A stretch of DNA of 64,000 bases, taken from NCBI RefSeq assembly GCF_006345805.1, contig NC_042997.1, positions 170,066,001 to 170,130,000 of the forward strand, written 5' to 3'. This document shows, piece by piece, positions 35,291 to 50,107 of the stretch; position 1 is the stretch's first letter, and every line of letters starts with the position of its first letter. Source of the stretch: Octopus sinensis (taxonomy: Eukaryota). The notes under the pieces are model-generated. The model did not search any database and was not told the DNA's origin. It was given only the letters and a program-made list of their open reading frames with translations. Position numbers and translations under genes: made by a program.

Positions 35291-36519
35291 GTAAGAGTTG
35301 TTAATTAATTCCATCTTTTAAATTGTATACCTCTCTTTATACCATGTTATCAATGATTGCAGTATGGTGGCTTGACCTGCTAAAAGTAACAACGAAATTG
35401 TTACGATTGATTATTGGCTGTTTTATATATCTTCCTCTCTAACTCACTCTCCTTTGTTTTCCAACTGGGGTATCCATTTATCTACTCTACAGCAAGACTC
35501 CTATATCTGTTTCTTCTATACCTTAAATATCACAACTGGCACATTACCACTCTCCCTCAATACTGCTCCCACCCCCATCCCAGTTGAGGGGTTTTTGATT
35601 TGCAACATACTTGGTGACTGTTGGTGCTGGTTTCACAAAAAAATTATTGGTGATGATGGTACCATGAAAAAAGCACTGATGTTGGTGCTACACAAAAAGC
35701 ACCCAGTACACTATGTAAAGTGGCTACCATTAGGAGGGCATCCAGCTGTTGAAATTATGCCTAACAATGGGACATGATGTGGATCCTGGCTTTGCCAACT
35801 CCTGTCAAACTGCCCAGCCCATGCCAGCATGTAAAATGATGATTATGATGATAAGAGAGAGAATTATTTACCACAGACACCACAGGGATATAGCTTCTCA
35901 CTATATGTTTATAGTTGTCTCAATAAATCATTGTAGAGAACAATTTATCCCTGATATCACAGCAATATGGCTTCTCTGTATGAATTCTTATGTTAGTTGT
36001 GAATTTACATTACTGAGTGAATGTCTTTTTACCAACATTAAAGCAATACAATTATTTTCCTATACTTTTCAACATCTCATCAAGAAAATGAATTATTTTA
36101 GGTTGTGATACAGAACTTATCTTCCACTACTTTTCTCCTCTTAGCAAAACATATGGATATGTTTTTATTTTTATTCCTCCTTAAAGTATTCATATGGCTG
36201 TTTTTCCATCAACTGAAACCCTTGTCAATGTATGTAGATGTCCAAGTTTCATTACAATATGTAGTATATTTTGTGCAATATTGTAGGATAAATTGAACTC
36301 TAAAAATCTAAGAAATGGGCAAGAGAGGTTACTTCATTGGTATGCATGGAAAAATTGATGAAAAAATGTATCCCCATAATGAGAGAAAGTAATGAGAGCA
36401 GAAGTAGGCTTGAAAAGATATTCATAAATACTAACTCTGACAAATATTCATCTTATGTTTTTATCACCATCTTTAAATTTATTATGATATAATTAAATTT
36501 GATAATTTTCCATTACCAG

Positions 36520-36647
36520 CTCCCGCAGGTTTTATTGCGGATTCAACGGCAATCGCCCGGCCAGGACTTTTCTCATGAACTTGAATTGGGTTTTGATAGA
36601 CTATTAAGCTATGTACCTTTGTTGGATGTCACAGATTTACGGCTTAA
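36520..36647 (+). CDS. MED24: MED24 coding exon 8
   Basis: LPQVLLRIQ...QDFSHELELGFDRLLSYVPLLD (human IPQVLVKLK...DFTEDVNCAFEFLLKLTPLLD); phase 0 to 2. Confidence 0.92.
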
Positions 36648-37029
36648 GTAAGTATGCTATTTTACGCTGAATAAAACAGAGCACTAAAGCATTAGTTAAA
36701 TTGATAAGTCTACAATTTGTAGTATTGGTTTAGTTTATAATGTAGTACAGGTTTGAGTTTTGAAAGTATTAATATTTGCTCAGTGTCTTTTAACATTTCT
36801 ACTTTTGTTTTTGTAAAATGTAAGAGTTTTCTTAACCAGAGGCAGGTAGTATACTCACAAATCTAAATGGAAAATTATGAATGAAATTAAAATTGTTAAT
36901 TTATAGCTTGAAGTGTTAGAGTTTCAAGTACTGCAGGGATATGGAAGAAGGTTGGTAGTTCACTGCATTAAAGAATGGATAAGAAGATATTCTAAGTATA
37001 TTAGATATAAGAAGTCTGTAAAAGGTAAA

Positions 37030-37920
37030 GAAGAGAAGGTAGAGCATAATGGCAGATGAGGGAGTACAGAATTTCAGTGAAGCATAGTTATTCAACCATG
37101 TAGATAGCTTTTCGTTTGCGTACTCTCTCTGATGCCAGTGAACAAGAAGAGAAGTTCATACCAAATGTGGAAGCAAAACTAAGAAATGTTTTAGTTAGCA
37201 AGAAAGAAGAAAAGATTCTCATGCCATTCAGAATATGGCCATGTTCAATATACAGAAAAGGAATTGGTAGTAACTATGGAATACATACTACTTGTAGTCT
37301 ATAGGTGCACAAGAAATGCAATGGGGTCACAAACAGGCTGACAGAAGGAAAAAGGACTTTGTATGTAGTATATGTGCTGGAGCAGATAGCAGAGAAGCAC
37401 TCGTGAAAAACATTCTTTCAAATTCTTAGAAACATTTTTTAGTTGCTGATCTAATAAAGATTAGAGGTAAATGTTGTGAAAGAATTGTAACCAAAGTACG
37501 ACCAGAGTGAGGAAAAGTTTTGGCAACAAAAGAATTCTATCTTTGTGTACGAATGCAATTTTGCATAGAAATGAAATACAGGCATTTTGATGTGGAGGAA
37601 GAATGAAGACCAGAAAGAAGAAACAGGCACACTACATTGGGTGAATGATGTTATTGGTGCACAAATGAGATGAAAAAAGAAGATTGGATGTAAGCTGAAA
37701 TAGATGTATTGTGCAAGAGAGAAAACTGTGCTGGTATGGACATGTGGTGTATATGGAAGATGACAGGTGATTCAAGTGAAAGAACAAGGAAGACATGGGA
37801 AGAAATGGTAAAAGCTAATCTGAAGAGGTTAAATCTCTCAAAGTACTGCAACACATGGTAAGACATTGGAATTAAGAAGACCCAGCCAAAAAACATTGAA
37901 AAGTGGACATAAAATGGTGA
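37030..37920 (+). mobile_element. RTE LINE C-terminal fragment (decayed)
   Basis: Pieces read WPCSIYRKGIGSN, VHKKC, WYGHV and RKTWEEMVKANLKRLNL. Confidence 0.7.
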
Positions 37921-38180
37921 TTTATGGTTATAATCACGTTTCTAATTTTTTTTCTTATACTAATACCATATTTTAAAAATTTAGTAATTTATTACATATA
38001 TGGTAAAGTTCATATTTTGTGTGCACCAAAAAATAAGCGATTAAAATTACTTTACCTTTGTTAATTATTTTGATTAACTATGCTTCAATATTAGATCTTC
38101 ACTCTGTCTTAGCACTTCGTATAAAAACAATCTCATTTACTTTCTGGTTATTATATTTTACTTGTAAATTCTCTTTGCAG

Positions 38181-38267
38181 CTGTGACTGTGTTACGTTTT
38201 TGTTGAAGGAGTGCCAGAAGTATTCCTTGCTAACTGAAATACAGGGCTCTAAATTGCAGCAACGCAG
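38181..38267 (+). CDS. MED24: MED24 coding exon 9
   Basis: NCDCVTFLLKECQKYSLLTE (human NCDCTNFLLQECGKQGLLSE); phase 2 to 2. Confidence 0.93.
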
Positions 38268-41199
38268 GTTAGTTTCTGTGGCCAGTAAACTCCATCTTTC
38301 ACTTACCGTCTCTCTACACCCCCCTGTTGAGCTAGGGACTGATGTTATGCAGCCTGCACCGTTATTGAGTTCAATGTAAGTCCCCAACTAAGCAACAGTT
38401 AATTATTATCATTCATCTTATATCTTCTCCATTACTAAACAGATGTTCAGTGAATAAATCCATGAATTATTTGATTATGCTTTTTGCCATCTTGGCTTGA
38501 CAAGGAAATATTTTAATTTTAAAGAAATTAACTAACATTAAATGTTCCTTATTGAATTTACCAAGTGCTGTTGGTCAACTAAGATTGGAAATACTTTAAC
38601 AGAATTGTTTTTGTCCTCTTGGCTAGGACACCAGGTAATAGCACATTTGGTAGAGTGGTTGGACAGGAATTACAAGGTTTTCCAGTTTAAAAACATCTCT
38701 TGTTTTCCAATAGAGTCACTTCCAAATTCTCGTATTTGTGAGTACCATTACAAAGCAGGGGAAAACATGTTGATGATGAATATAAAAAAATCCTAAATTG
38801 TGTAGTTGGCAATAAAGAGTATATATATATTGTACCATTCACTATTTTAACAGAATAATTAACTCAGGTGAATTTTTACAATTACTTACTCTTTATATAT
38901 GATGCTACAAGCTTGCAGAGTCGCATTATTTGAATGCCACCTTCGTTATTCTTCTGATTGTCATGATTAATTTAAAAGAGCTGATACCTATGAAATATCC
39001 TGTTTATAACCACAAAACTTAGCCAACACACTGAGTGCAGGCTGGTTATTACATCTACCACCGCTCCTGGTTATAAATCTATTCTCTTTTTCATTTTCAT
39101 ATGAGATATTCAAAAAACATGGTAAATTGACGATCTGAAATATTTCCTCATTTGCTTTCATTATTATTCATTTTAACTGTACTAAGAGTGTTGTTCATTT
39201 CTATTTCTTTGTTTGTGTATTATATTATTTTGTTGATCAAGCAACTATTTTTTAGAGCAGTTACCACAGAAATTATAGGTAAGTGAGTGCTGGTTATTGA
39301 AACTTCAATAAAATGTTATTAAAAATTCATGAACAAATATTTTGTCTCAAATATTTTCTATACTTGATAGAGTGTAATGAATTATTATTAGAATAGTATA
39401 ATCATATTGTATATTATCAACAATGAATATTGGAAAGTATCTATCAATGTAACTTTATTTTTTTCAATATTATGCTTCTTCACATTCGTATGTTCCTTGT
39501 ATGAAATATATACTTAACTTAATATAAGTACATGCTCCTGTTTTGACAGACAAAATAATTTACAGACGTAAAAAAAACATATTTCACACATCATAATTGG
39601 CTCTGGCTGCACCATGAAACAAAAGTAGTAAACCCTACATTACTATTTAAAACCTGAAGAATATTATTCATTATTATAGTCTGCACTACTTACAAAGCCT
39701 TTGCTGTAACAAGTTGCCTTCAAACTTCAGAAGGCTACTACAAGATCATCTGAAAGTTATTGCTACTTTTACTATGTCTAAGCAAAATAAAAGTATATAA
39801 ACACTCACATCAAAATAGTATACTGTCAGATACGTCACTCTTCACAAAATTCAATGTTGTGTTGCCAGTCTCCAGCAATGAAGTCTTGAAAATTTGAAGC
39901 CTGATATGCTCTGATAAAATTCACTTTGCACATCTATATAGCAACAGTAACCAAAAATCACCAAAATCTTCAGTCTTACTCAAAATAGTTGCACAACTAG
40001 GGAAAGATATCCTAGAAGCTATTGTGATAAGCAGAGAATACTAAAGATATTTTTTTTTATATTTGATATATTAAATCTATCTATATGCTATTGTTTTCAG
40101 ATGTAAACTTCTATTTTTATTTTTAGCATTAGAACATTAACCTTCTCCATTTCATCTTTTTCTTTCAGACAAACTTTTCAGTATTTTTTATTTCCTGTAC
40201 AGTTATATTTATCATTCTGTTGTTTTAGATATCCAACTTTGTTGGTTGTCTTATACATAACAAACATTTGCATTTATTTGCTCAGGACTAAATGTTGATT
40301 TCTAAATATTATTTATGTACCACCATATCAATGCTAGTAATTATAAAACCAAAGGAACGCATTTAAGAACAACTGATTAATGAAGAATGCTATACTTGGC
40401 TACTGGTATATTTTCTAGAATATTTTCATCATTAACTTTTTAGTGGCTATATTTCAAATGAAATACACAATTAATTTTGAAAATAATTAAGAATTTGGAA
40501 GGAGAGATTTAATGAAATAACTAACATTTATATTCTTTAACTTGTAGTTTGGGACCTAACTTAAAACTTTCTTACATGGAATTGTGATAGAATGTGATAT
40601 GGACATTTGAAATCAAGATATTTTTGTATCATAAAACCAAAGGTAGCCTCTGTTGAATTGGTGTTGAAAAGTTCTAAGAGTCTTTAAAAGAAGGACTTCT
40701 CCAAATCTTACTATAAGCCTACGATAAAGGTACACAACTATAAGCTGCTGGTGAAGATTATTATAATGATTACATCTCATATTTTTAAATTGCTCTCCTT
40801 TCTTAGTAGTATCAGTTTTTCAGACTACCTTCAAATTGTGTACCAAGCAATTCTAATTTTTCAGGCAAAGCCTTTCTTTGGGGGGAAGAAAATAGAAGAT
40901 TTTGGATGAGATTGATAAGTATAGCAAAAAGAAGGAAAGAAAGTCAAGCAAGAAATGTAGTTGCTTGCAGAGATCGCTGACTAGAATGGAGGCAAATGAA
41001 AAAGGGAAAGCGCAGAAAGAAAAGCTGACAGATTTTTGTGTATAGGCATAACAAGCATGGTGATTCACTCACATGTGTATATTATATATACATATACTTA
41101 TATAAGTAAGGGTGAAGAAAGTGAAGTGTAATGAACATAGTTGTCTGTTCACATACAAGCATGACCATTGATACAAGTGTAAAGATAAAGGTAAGGTAA

Positions 41200-41500
41200 A
41201 GACTCCCTTCGGTCATGAATAACCATGGGATTGCATGTGAGTGTGTATATGTCTGTGTGTGTGTAGAAAGTTATCTTCTGAGGCGGCACAAGTCCAAGCA
41301 AGGTTGTTTATGGAAGACCAGCAGTCACCCCTGCATACCAGCTGCCCATCTCCAATGCCACCAATGTTCTCCAAGGGAAAAACAAAGGCCGTTGCAACTT
41401 GGCACCAGTGACATCACAAATCATTTTTACAGCTGAGTGAACTGGAGTAATGTGAAATAAAGTGTCTTGCTCAAGAACACATCACACAGCCTGGTTCAGG
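41200..41500 (-). mobile_element. tRNA-derived SINE, same family as 58585-58920, decayed
   Basis: Shares AAGAC-CCCTTCGGTCATGAAT...GGAAGACCAGCAGTC...CTTGCTCAAGAACAC. Confidence 0.75.
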
Positions 41501-42670
41501 ACAAGTGTGTACATGTTATATATAGATATATACAAACACACACACACGTTAGAAAGATTGGTATTTTTTGTCCTTAAAACTGGAAAGCTGCTGCTGCTTT
41601 ACATAACATAAATATATTTTACAATTGATATTGTTCACTCGTGTTGAATGACACTACACAAACTACCACACAAATCAACATAGGAGTTTCTATATATATA
41701 TATATATATACTGTGGCTGGAAATAAGCTAGTGTTTATGTTCACAGCTGAAATACATATCTTTGGTAACAAGTTTGCTTGATAGAAACGTACCTTGGGCT
41801 AAACACCAACTGCACATCTTAAACTCTATGTGCTTGATAGGTAAGCTTCTACTCACAAATATTCTCCAACTCTTGTCTCACTATTGAGCTGTGTGTGTTT
41901 GTCACTCTCTTCCAAATATATATGTATATATTGTCAGTAAATCAAAAATCCATATGAGAAGCACACTCTAAGTTATAGATCATAGATCAGTAGAGTATTT
42001 AGAGCAAGTTATGGCTGGTTCATAGGGTTACCCAGGGTTTTGCATCCATGAAGTGCTTAGCCTTATCCTTTCTCTTGGGGTTCATAATCTTGCAAACTGG
42101 ATGGTAACCTCAGTAGTGTTGCTGGCATGAAAAAAAACCACTCAATGCATACTGTAAAATAATTGGCATTAGGAAGGGCCACAGAAACTGTACCAAAGTA
42201 GATGTTGGACCACAATGCAGTGCTTGAACTCTTCAGATCCTGTCAAACTATCCAATCCATTCCAGCATGGAACACGGTAATTAAATGACATTGATGATGG
42301 TTTTTACTGTATGTGTGTGTGTGTGTGTGTGTATAAATAAAATGCTATATATATGTAAGATGTCTATAAATGTGATCTAAGACAGAAAAACTAAGAATAG
42401 ATTCTTCTTTTTTCTGTCTTTGTGGACATATATATTTTGGGAAAATCTTAACAGTTTAATATTTTATTAAATTCTGTTTTGATATTTTCCCCAAAACTCT
42501 GTTGCCTTAACAACTGTGTATTCTTCTAATTCATGTGGAGGCAACAGGACAGGCAAAAGATCCTTTTGTTTTTTATCCTTCCAGAAACTTTTAAGTAAAT
42601 TCCAGTTTAATTTCTTAAAACATTGGTTTGTGATTGGAAAGGTTTGTCTTTTTTCTTTTTTTCTTCTTAG

Positions 42671-42776
42671 AAACTCGGAAACACAAAAACCTAGATCATC
42701 AGATGCTGTTTCAAACACACAACCCAGTGTTAGTTTGATTCTACGAGCTGAGCCTACAGTCACAAGTATTCTCAAG
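42671..42776 (+). CDS. MED24: MED24 coding exon 10
   Basis: QPSVSLILRAEPTVTSILK (human QPNIQLILRAEPTVTNILK); phase 2 to 0. Confidence 0.95.
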
Positions 42777-42840
42777 GTACCACTATTTTACTGTTCTTTC
42801 TTTTCATTTAATTAGCTTTGTGCAAATATATATACATATA

Positions 42841-43018
42841 AGAACATGAGACGACAAAGGAATAAATGATTATCTTATTAACTTCATTAGCTTACAGCTG
42901 TTTCTGCTATAAGATGCAGGCACTCAACTATGAGTCCAGTACATCTTATAAGCAGAAACAGCTGTCAGCTAAGAAAGCTCATAAAATAATCGTTTATTCC
43001 TTTATCATTTCATTTTCT
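42841..43018. mobile_element. 178-bp fold-back element, MITE-like, flanked by TA
   Basis: Inner arms 42888-42916 and 42942-42971 differ by one mismatch and one indel; outer arms AAAGGAATAAATGATTAT / ATAATCGTTTATTCCTTT; TA at 42839-40 and 43019-20. Confidence 0.7.
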
Positions 43019-45286
43019 TATTACCACTCTGTACTTGATTAATGTTTTGTTCTGAAGCATATGTATATTGAGTTCTATACCAGGTTATTAGTCTCGATAT
43101 GCCTAAACGAAATATTAAAATGCAAACATATATATGTATATTGTGTAAAGAAGTGCTGATAACTTAAAGTGGAAGCAAGTTGTGGAAGAGGGAGCCCCAG
43201 AAAGACCTGGGACAAAGTATTGAAGGCTGAGCCTTACAAAGGAGATGACAGAGGACTGAGGTATATGGCACATTGATGTATTCAAGACCCACCCACCACA
43301 ACAAAATTGAGATCCTAAAAGCAGGGTGCCATATAAAAGCACCCAGTACATTCTGTAAAGTGGTTGGCATTAGGAACAGCATCTAGCTGTAGGAAGGGCT
43401 TCCAGCCAAAACAGACAATGGAACCTGGTGCGACCCTTGGCCTAGCCAGTGCCTGTCAAGCCATCCACCCCATGCCAGCATGGAAAACCGACACTACATG
43501 TTATTATGATGATGATGAGATATACATATATATATATACATATACATATATATAATTATTGTAATTTATTTCAGTGATTTTCTGATATGTTTTTGTGAAA
43601 GCGGATTATGTTATTTATAGCCAGGTTAAGAAACTTAACTGTCACACACTCTTGTAATGTCTTTGCTGCTGAGGTAGATGATACACCCACTTATTTCTTG
43701 CTGCCCATATGTTTATTTTCCTTACCTACATTTCCATAAATATACAAATACACACTCTATCTTGATATTTTACATTCAGTAGTTCTGCATTCGGAACTAC
43801 TCTTCTCATTTCCCCTTTCTAAAACCCTTTGTTTTTTTTAATATTATCTGATTATAAACAGATTCATTGGCTTTTTAGTGATTCTAATAAAAAATATTTT
43901 AGTCGGGTATTAAATTCATTTAAAAAATATTAAAAATTTTTTTGAGTTAAATTTACAGGTTTCAGTTTATCGTTGTATGTCCCTGTTAGGCTCATATTTT
44001 TGGTACTAATGACTTTGCATTTTTTTCTTATACATTTACATACAACAACACAACTTATTAATATATTTCTGACATTGAATATTAATTTACTTTTTCATTA
44101 AAAATTAACGAGATCTGTGATATTATAAAATATTTTTAAAATATCAAACTGTCTTTAAAACACTTAGAACAAGATTAGCAATGTTTATCCCATCGAAATA
44201 TATATTCTGTTATTGGTTTCAGTCATTGCACAGCAGCCATGCTGGAGCAAAGCCTTTGTAGGATTTTAGTTGGTCATCATTTTGGCATTAGGAAGGGCAT
44301 CCAGCTGTAGAAACTCTGCCAGATCAAGATTGGAGTCTGGTGCAGCCATCCGATTTGCTAGTCCTCAGTCAAATCGTCCAACCCATGCTTGCATGGAAAG
44401 CGGACGTTAAACGATGATGATGATCATGATCATGACCATAATGTATATTTTAGTCTGGCATTTAGTTATTTCATATTTTACCAGTAAAGTTACCATTTTG
44501 ACTCAACACTGGTCTTGCTTTTGCTATAAGAATTATAGCAAACACAGCTACACACACATACATATATGCAGACATAAATGCACATGTGCACACACACACA
44601 CACGCAGGTTCATTTGTCAAATTCCATTCACAAAGCATTAATCAGTCTGGGATGTGCCACACTGTAGGAATGAACCGAGAAACAGGCACTTGTAAAGCAA
44701 GACTTCTTATTTGCATTGTCAAGCCCATAAAACTGCTAATCTGTATAACATTATTGGGGTGGGGTGGGCTGGGAGAAATCATTGTACTTCATAGAAAATT
44801 TTTAAAAATTTCTTTGTAACTAATATTGTTAAATTCTTTTTCTTTTCTCCATGCCAAACCTTTTCACTAATTTACAGTTCATATTTTCCTCTGCCTATTT
44901 TGGCATGAAATATTCAAAAATGTAACTTTTGTTACTTTCCTCTTTCTATGCTAGAATAGGTTACATAGGTTTTGCAGATTTGGATATTTGAATGCATCTT
45001 GGAACATTTCTTTTAAAGCTGAAAGCTTCTTGTAGTGTTGACTACATCATTATAAAGTGAAATATAATATTAATATACCTACACAAATTTACTGAAACTT
45101 ATTTCTGACTAGGTGTGCTACTCAGAAATTTCGAAATTTAAACTGATTACCATTAAAAGATAATGACCCATTACTCTGCATTCTTACTCACTCTGTCCCT
45201 GGTTTCAAAAATGTTTTTAACTGATGTATATGCAAATTCTAATGACATTTAGCTATTTATCTTAATTTGAATTCAGAATGTTTCCA

Positions 45287-45489
45287 CCCTTTAGGATTTA
45301 AACTGCTATATCTGGCCCAAATCTGTTTTATGTTCAAACTGATCAGATCAAGCCTTTCACACCTATCCAACACTGCCAGTCTAAAGATAACAATCACGTT
45401 GTCAAAATCTCAAAATAATGCATGATTAATTCAAAACAATGTGAATAAATAAGCATTACACTTGAAAGAATTATCTGAATGCTAAAGGG
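45287..45489. mobile_element. piggyBac-like MITE copy
   Basis: CCCTTTAGGATTT...AATGCTAAAGGG|TTAA; body shared with the 14224 copy. Confidence 0.65.
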
Positions 45490-47529
45490 TTAAAGTTTAC
45501 AGTTTATAATCTTGCATTTAAATTTAGCATATTTTCAATGTTTTGTGTTTAATCCTTAACCTAAAGTAAATTTTTACCTAAGAAATAGTGCACGCATGGG
45601 TGTGTGGTAAGAAGTTTGCTTCCCAATCACATGATTCCGGGTTCAATCCCACTGCATGGTACCTTGGGCATGTGTCTTCATGTCTTCAGTTATAGCCCCA
45701 GATCAAGACCAACCAAAACCTTGTGAGTGGGTTTTTGTAAACAGAAACTAAAAGAACCTGTCATGTGTGTGTTTCTGTCTTCTTGCCATGACATCACATG
45801 ATAGTTGTAAATGAATGTTACTGTCATACAAGCAGTGTCCTTCATTCAGCCTCTGTGAAACATGTCCCTTCATGTGGTATTATTACCTTACCTGCCATAA
45901 ATAATCCACTTCAACTAAATTCCATCAGACCCAGGTAGGCATGGAAAAGTGGACATTAAAACAATGATGATAATAAGTTATAAATTGTAACAGTATTAAA
46001 GTAACTTGTAGTTAACCCTTCTGTGTTACTTGCACTGGCTAAAGGCAGTAAATGCATTAATTTGGAACAATGTAAACGAGAAAATTTAATGATAAAGGAA
46101 ACTAAACTAGGTCGGTCCTAGTTGAGCAGACTTATGATTGGTATGTTAGCCATGACCATCCTGCCTTTACAGACATTCTTCTCTGTCACTTAATGAGGAA
46201 GAAAGTCATGATCCTTGCTACTGCCTCTGAGACTAGTGGAAGGAAAAGAGCATGTCCTCATGCTGGGGACTTGATCCAAATACTATTAACAGTGAACTTA
46301 GTGAAAAACATCTAATAGCCAAGTGGAGCCAGGCAATGGATCGAGTCTATATAGTTTATCTCAGACTTTTCAGTATGTTCTTGCCTTTTTAAAGACACTA
46401 GTGTGTCATTTGAGAAATTGGCTGCTATTTCTTGCAGGTTAAGTAACCATGTAAAAATAAATGGTAGCATATAATTTATGGATTCTTTAAATGATTATTA
46501 AATCTGTTTTTCCACCATCAAATTTGGTGCAAAAAATGATATTGTTTCATGTTTTTACCAAAGTGCACATGAGAAAAATTCTTTTAGAGCTAGACTCCCA
46601 TAAGTGTGGGTGAGAGCATGTGTGTATATTTAGCAGTATCAATGCCAAGCAGTTTTTAGGCACAAGCAAACTTTAGGTGAGTTAAAATATCTTTGTGACA
46701 TATTTCAACTTCTAAAGACATATTCACTGCAGTTACCATGGAGAAAAAAATTCTCTCTTATGGTAAAGGGTATAGAAACATCTTAAGAAATATATCACAA
46801 ACATATTTTAACTTACCTACAGTTCGCTTATACCTAAACACCGCTTGGTGCTGGTGACTGTTGAATTTCTTCTGGCCTGGCAGTCCCATGGTACAACTTG
46901 GTCAATGTTGTTCAATGTGTTTTAGTTAAAGCTACGACTTTAAAATCTGTCCAGAGTTACCTCTCTTCACTATTTCCCATTGATAACTGCTAAAGAACTA
47001 GAAACACATTTGGGAATCCAATAGGAGGCAGATATGATGTTTTTACACATTTTATCATAGAGATTTTTTTCTTTTTCCATAGTAACTGCAGTAAATTTTC
47101 CTTTATAAATTGAAATATGTCACAAACATTTTAACTGACCTAAAGTTTGCACACACATATATATATATGTGTGTGTATACACACACAAACAAACATATGA
47201 ATACAAATAGAAATATTTGTGTAATATTACAACATATTACATGTGATCCCTGTTCATTTCATCCAGCAAAAGTCAAATAAACAAAACATATAGACACACA
47301 TAGAAAGAGAGAATGCATTTTATTCTTTATATATTTCAATCATTTGACTGCAGCAATACTGGAGCACCACTTTAAAGGGTTTTAGTCGAAGAAATTAACC
47401 CCAGGGCTAGTACTTATTCTGTTTGTCTCTTTGGCCGACCTGCTAAGTTGCGGGGACGTTAACTCAAACCAACGTCAATTGTCGAGTGATGGTGGGGGAC
47501 AAACACAGACAGAAACAGACACATACACG

Positions 47530-47730
47530 CATAAAAATATATATATGATAAATCGCTAGCCACTAAACATTCTTTATTTTCTCTCTTTGTTTCTTTCTGT
47601 GGAAGAGCGTAGGCTCGAAACGTTAAAAACTTTTTCACTTCCCGAGCGTTATACCAATACATCTGTTTGTTGTCTACACCACCTGTCTCTGTCTTTTGTT
47701 TTTTTGTGAATTCTCTCTCTCTCTCTATAC
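47530..47730 (+). mobile_element. Penelope-like terminal fragment with hammerhead-like motif
   Basis: GAAGAGCGTAGGCTCGAAACGT at 47602-47623, followed by the CTACACCACCTGTC...GTGAATTCTC tail; CpGs intact. Class assignment is from memory. Confidence 0.5.
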
Positions 47731-47885
47731 TATAACAAATTTTTTTCAATTGGTATTTTCATATTCTTAATACTTGCTCTGGCTGATTTTTATGAATATG
47801 ATGAATTTTTTATTGGAAATTATTTTTTCTCTCTTTTTTTGGGATCCTTCAGAAAGTTTGAATTGTTCTTTTTGAACTTATTTTT

Positions 47886-47923
<38 letters not shown>

Positions 47924-50107
47924 GATGATGGGCTTCTTTCAGTTTCTGACTACCAAATCCACTCATAAGGCTTTGATCAGCCTGAGGCTATAGTAGAAGA
48001 CACTTGCCCAAGGTGTCATGTAGTGGGATTGAACCTGGAACTATGTGGTTGGGAAGCAAACTTCTTACCACACAGCCATGCCTATTTACTTTGAAGGTGA
48101 AATGTTTTCACATAATACACACAATATATACTATTATTGTGATGACATTTTAATGACTGAGAGATTCCTTAATCCTCATGGATTATGAAAAACTGCTGGA
48201 AAATCCAACCTTGAGTTTGGAAAATGTGGAAAGAAAAGCAAACCATGTTTATATTTTGTTTCTAAAACAATTCTTTAGATTTAACGTTTTCAAGTGTTTT
48301 CTTAAGTTCGGTGGAAGTATCCTGTGTGGGTCAAGTCTGACTTTCTTTTTGGAACAACAAAGTGTTGGTGGTTCAACTTTCCATTTGTCAATCTTGACAA
48401 CTCCATAGATTTAGAACATTATAGGAGCCCATGTTCAGCTAAATACCATTAAGACTGCAAAATATCTTAGAAATGATAAAAAATGTCAGTGCCAGCAATG
48501 TATTGGTTTGAGCCACTCTTTGTTGTTCCAGTCATCTATCCATTTCCTTCTGACTACACTCACATTCTCTCTTTCACACACACTGCATTGCATTGCATTC
48601 TTTTCTAATGGTATATTTCCAATAACTTTCCATTTCTTTGTATGGACTAAAGAAAATTTAGAAATTTTCACCTCAACAAATATATTGAAATTTGAAAATT
48701 ATTTGTTTTAAACTTAACTAATGGATCTAATGTGTGCTTGGCAGCATATTTTAGCTCCATTGAAATATAATATTAATTATAATCCTTTCTACTATAGGCA
48801 CAGGGCCTGGAATTTGGGGGAGGGGACTAATTGATTACATCGACTCCAGTGTTTCACTGGTACTTAATTTATCGACCTCAAAAGGATGAAATGCAAAGTC
48901 AACCTCGGTGGAATTTGAACTCAGAACGTAAAGATGAGCATTTTGTCCAGTGTGCTAATGATTTTGCCAGCTCACTTCCTTGTTAATATTAATTATAATG
49001 ATAATAAAATTGCTTCAGATGGTGTGGTTCTTATATGGATAATGGTAATGAGTTCTTTAGTTTTAGCTAGGTTTGCTAGTTCATTAAAGTATTACATTTT
49101 ATGTATTAAATGTTATACAATTCATTTTGACTGGGATTTTGTTTCACCTGACACCTTATTCCACCAGTGAAGTAACATTTTCTTTTTGATAATTATGTAG
49201 GAGATAGAATGAAAAGGAGTGTTCAGTTAGTAAACCATCAGTCAAAACTTAAATTTCCAGTCAAAATGAATTTTAAAATAAATCTGAATTTACTTCAAGT
49301 ATAGAGTCTCTTGATCAGTAAATATTCTGCTAATTATTAAAATTGCTTCAAGGTTGGGAGCTGGCAGAATCATTAGCACACTGGGTAACATTTCGTCCGC
49401 CTTTATGTTCTGTGTTCAAATTCTGCCAAGGACTTTTCTTTCAACCTTTCAGAGTCAATAAAATAAGTACCAGTTGAGTACTGGGGTCAATGTAATCGAC
49501 TGCCCACCCCCCTTAATTTCTGGCCTTGTGCCTATTGTAGAAAGAATTATTAAAATTGCTTCAAAATAATAAGCTTAAATTAACATTTAAATTAAATATC
49601 ATTACATTCTGACTTATGCCATTTTTCATTTTTTTTTTAATCAAAATTTTCTATAAATGAAAATAGTATGTGACAATAATCAGAGATAAATATTTTTCAA
49701 TTTCCATATCTACATCAAATGAATTCAGTAGCCTTTTTTTTTTTAATCCCTCAAAGCTATAAAGATGTCTTGTTGGAAACTGATTCACTATGACTACAAA
49801 ATCCACAAGATATTTAAAATTACAAGATTTTTCTTCCTCCAACAAGCTGCTTTTTTTTTTATGTCTTAGTAGGTGCAATACATAATACTCTACAAGCAAA
49901 CTTTGCTTGAAAGTTTTTATTTCAGTATGACTTGACTTAATGTTTCCTGGTGCAGTGTTTTAAATTCTGAAAAAGTATTCGGTTGACTTGCAGTTTACTG
50001 GTTCCCCTCATAATATGACGACTGTAGAAGATGTGCATTCAGTAAGTTTGCTATGATTTTCAGTATTATGTGAAACCAGAAATAACTTACTTTGATTTCC
50101 AACACTA

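Noticed and set aside
48178-48711. Nested gene in MED24 intron 10 (several 61-76-aa ORFs)
   Set aside because: No domain, no consistent splice chain, and lengths typical of chance ORFs.
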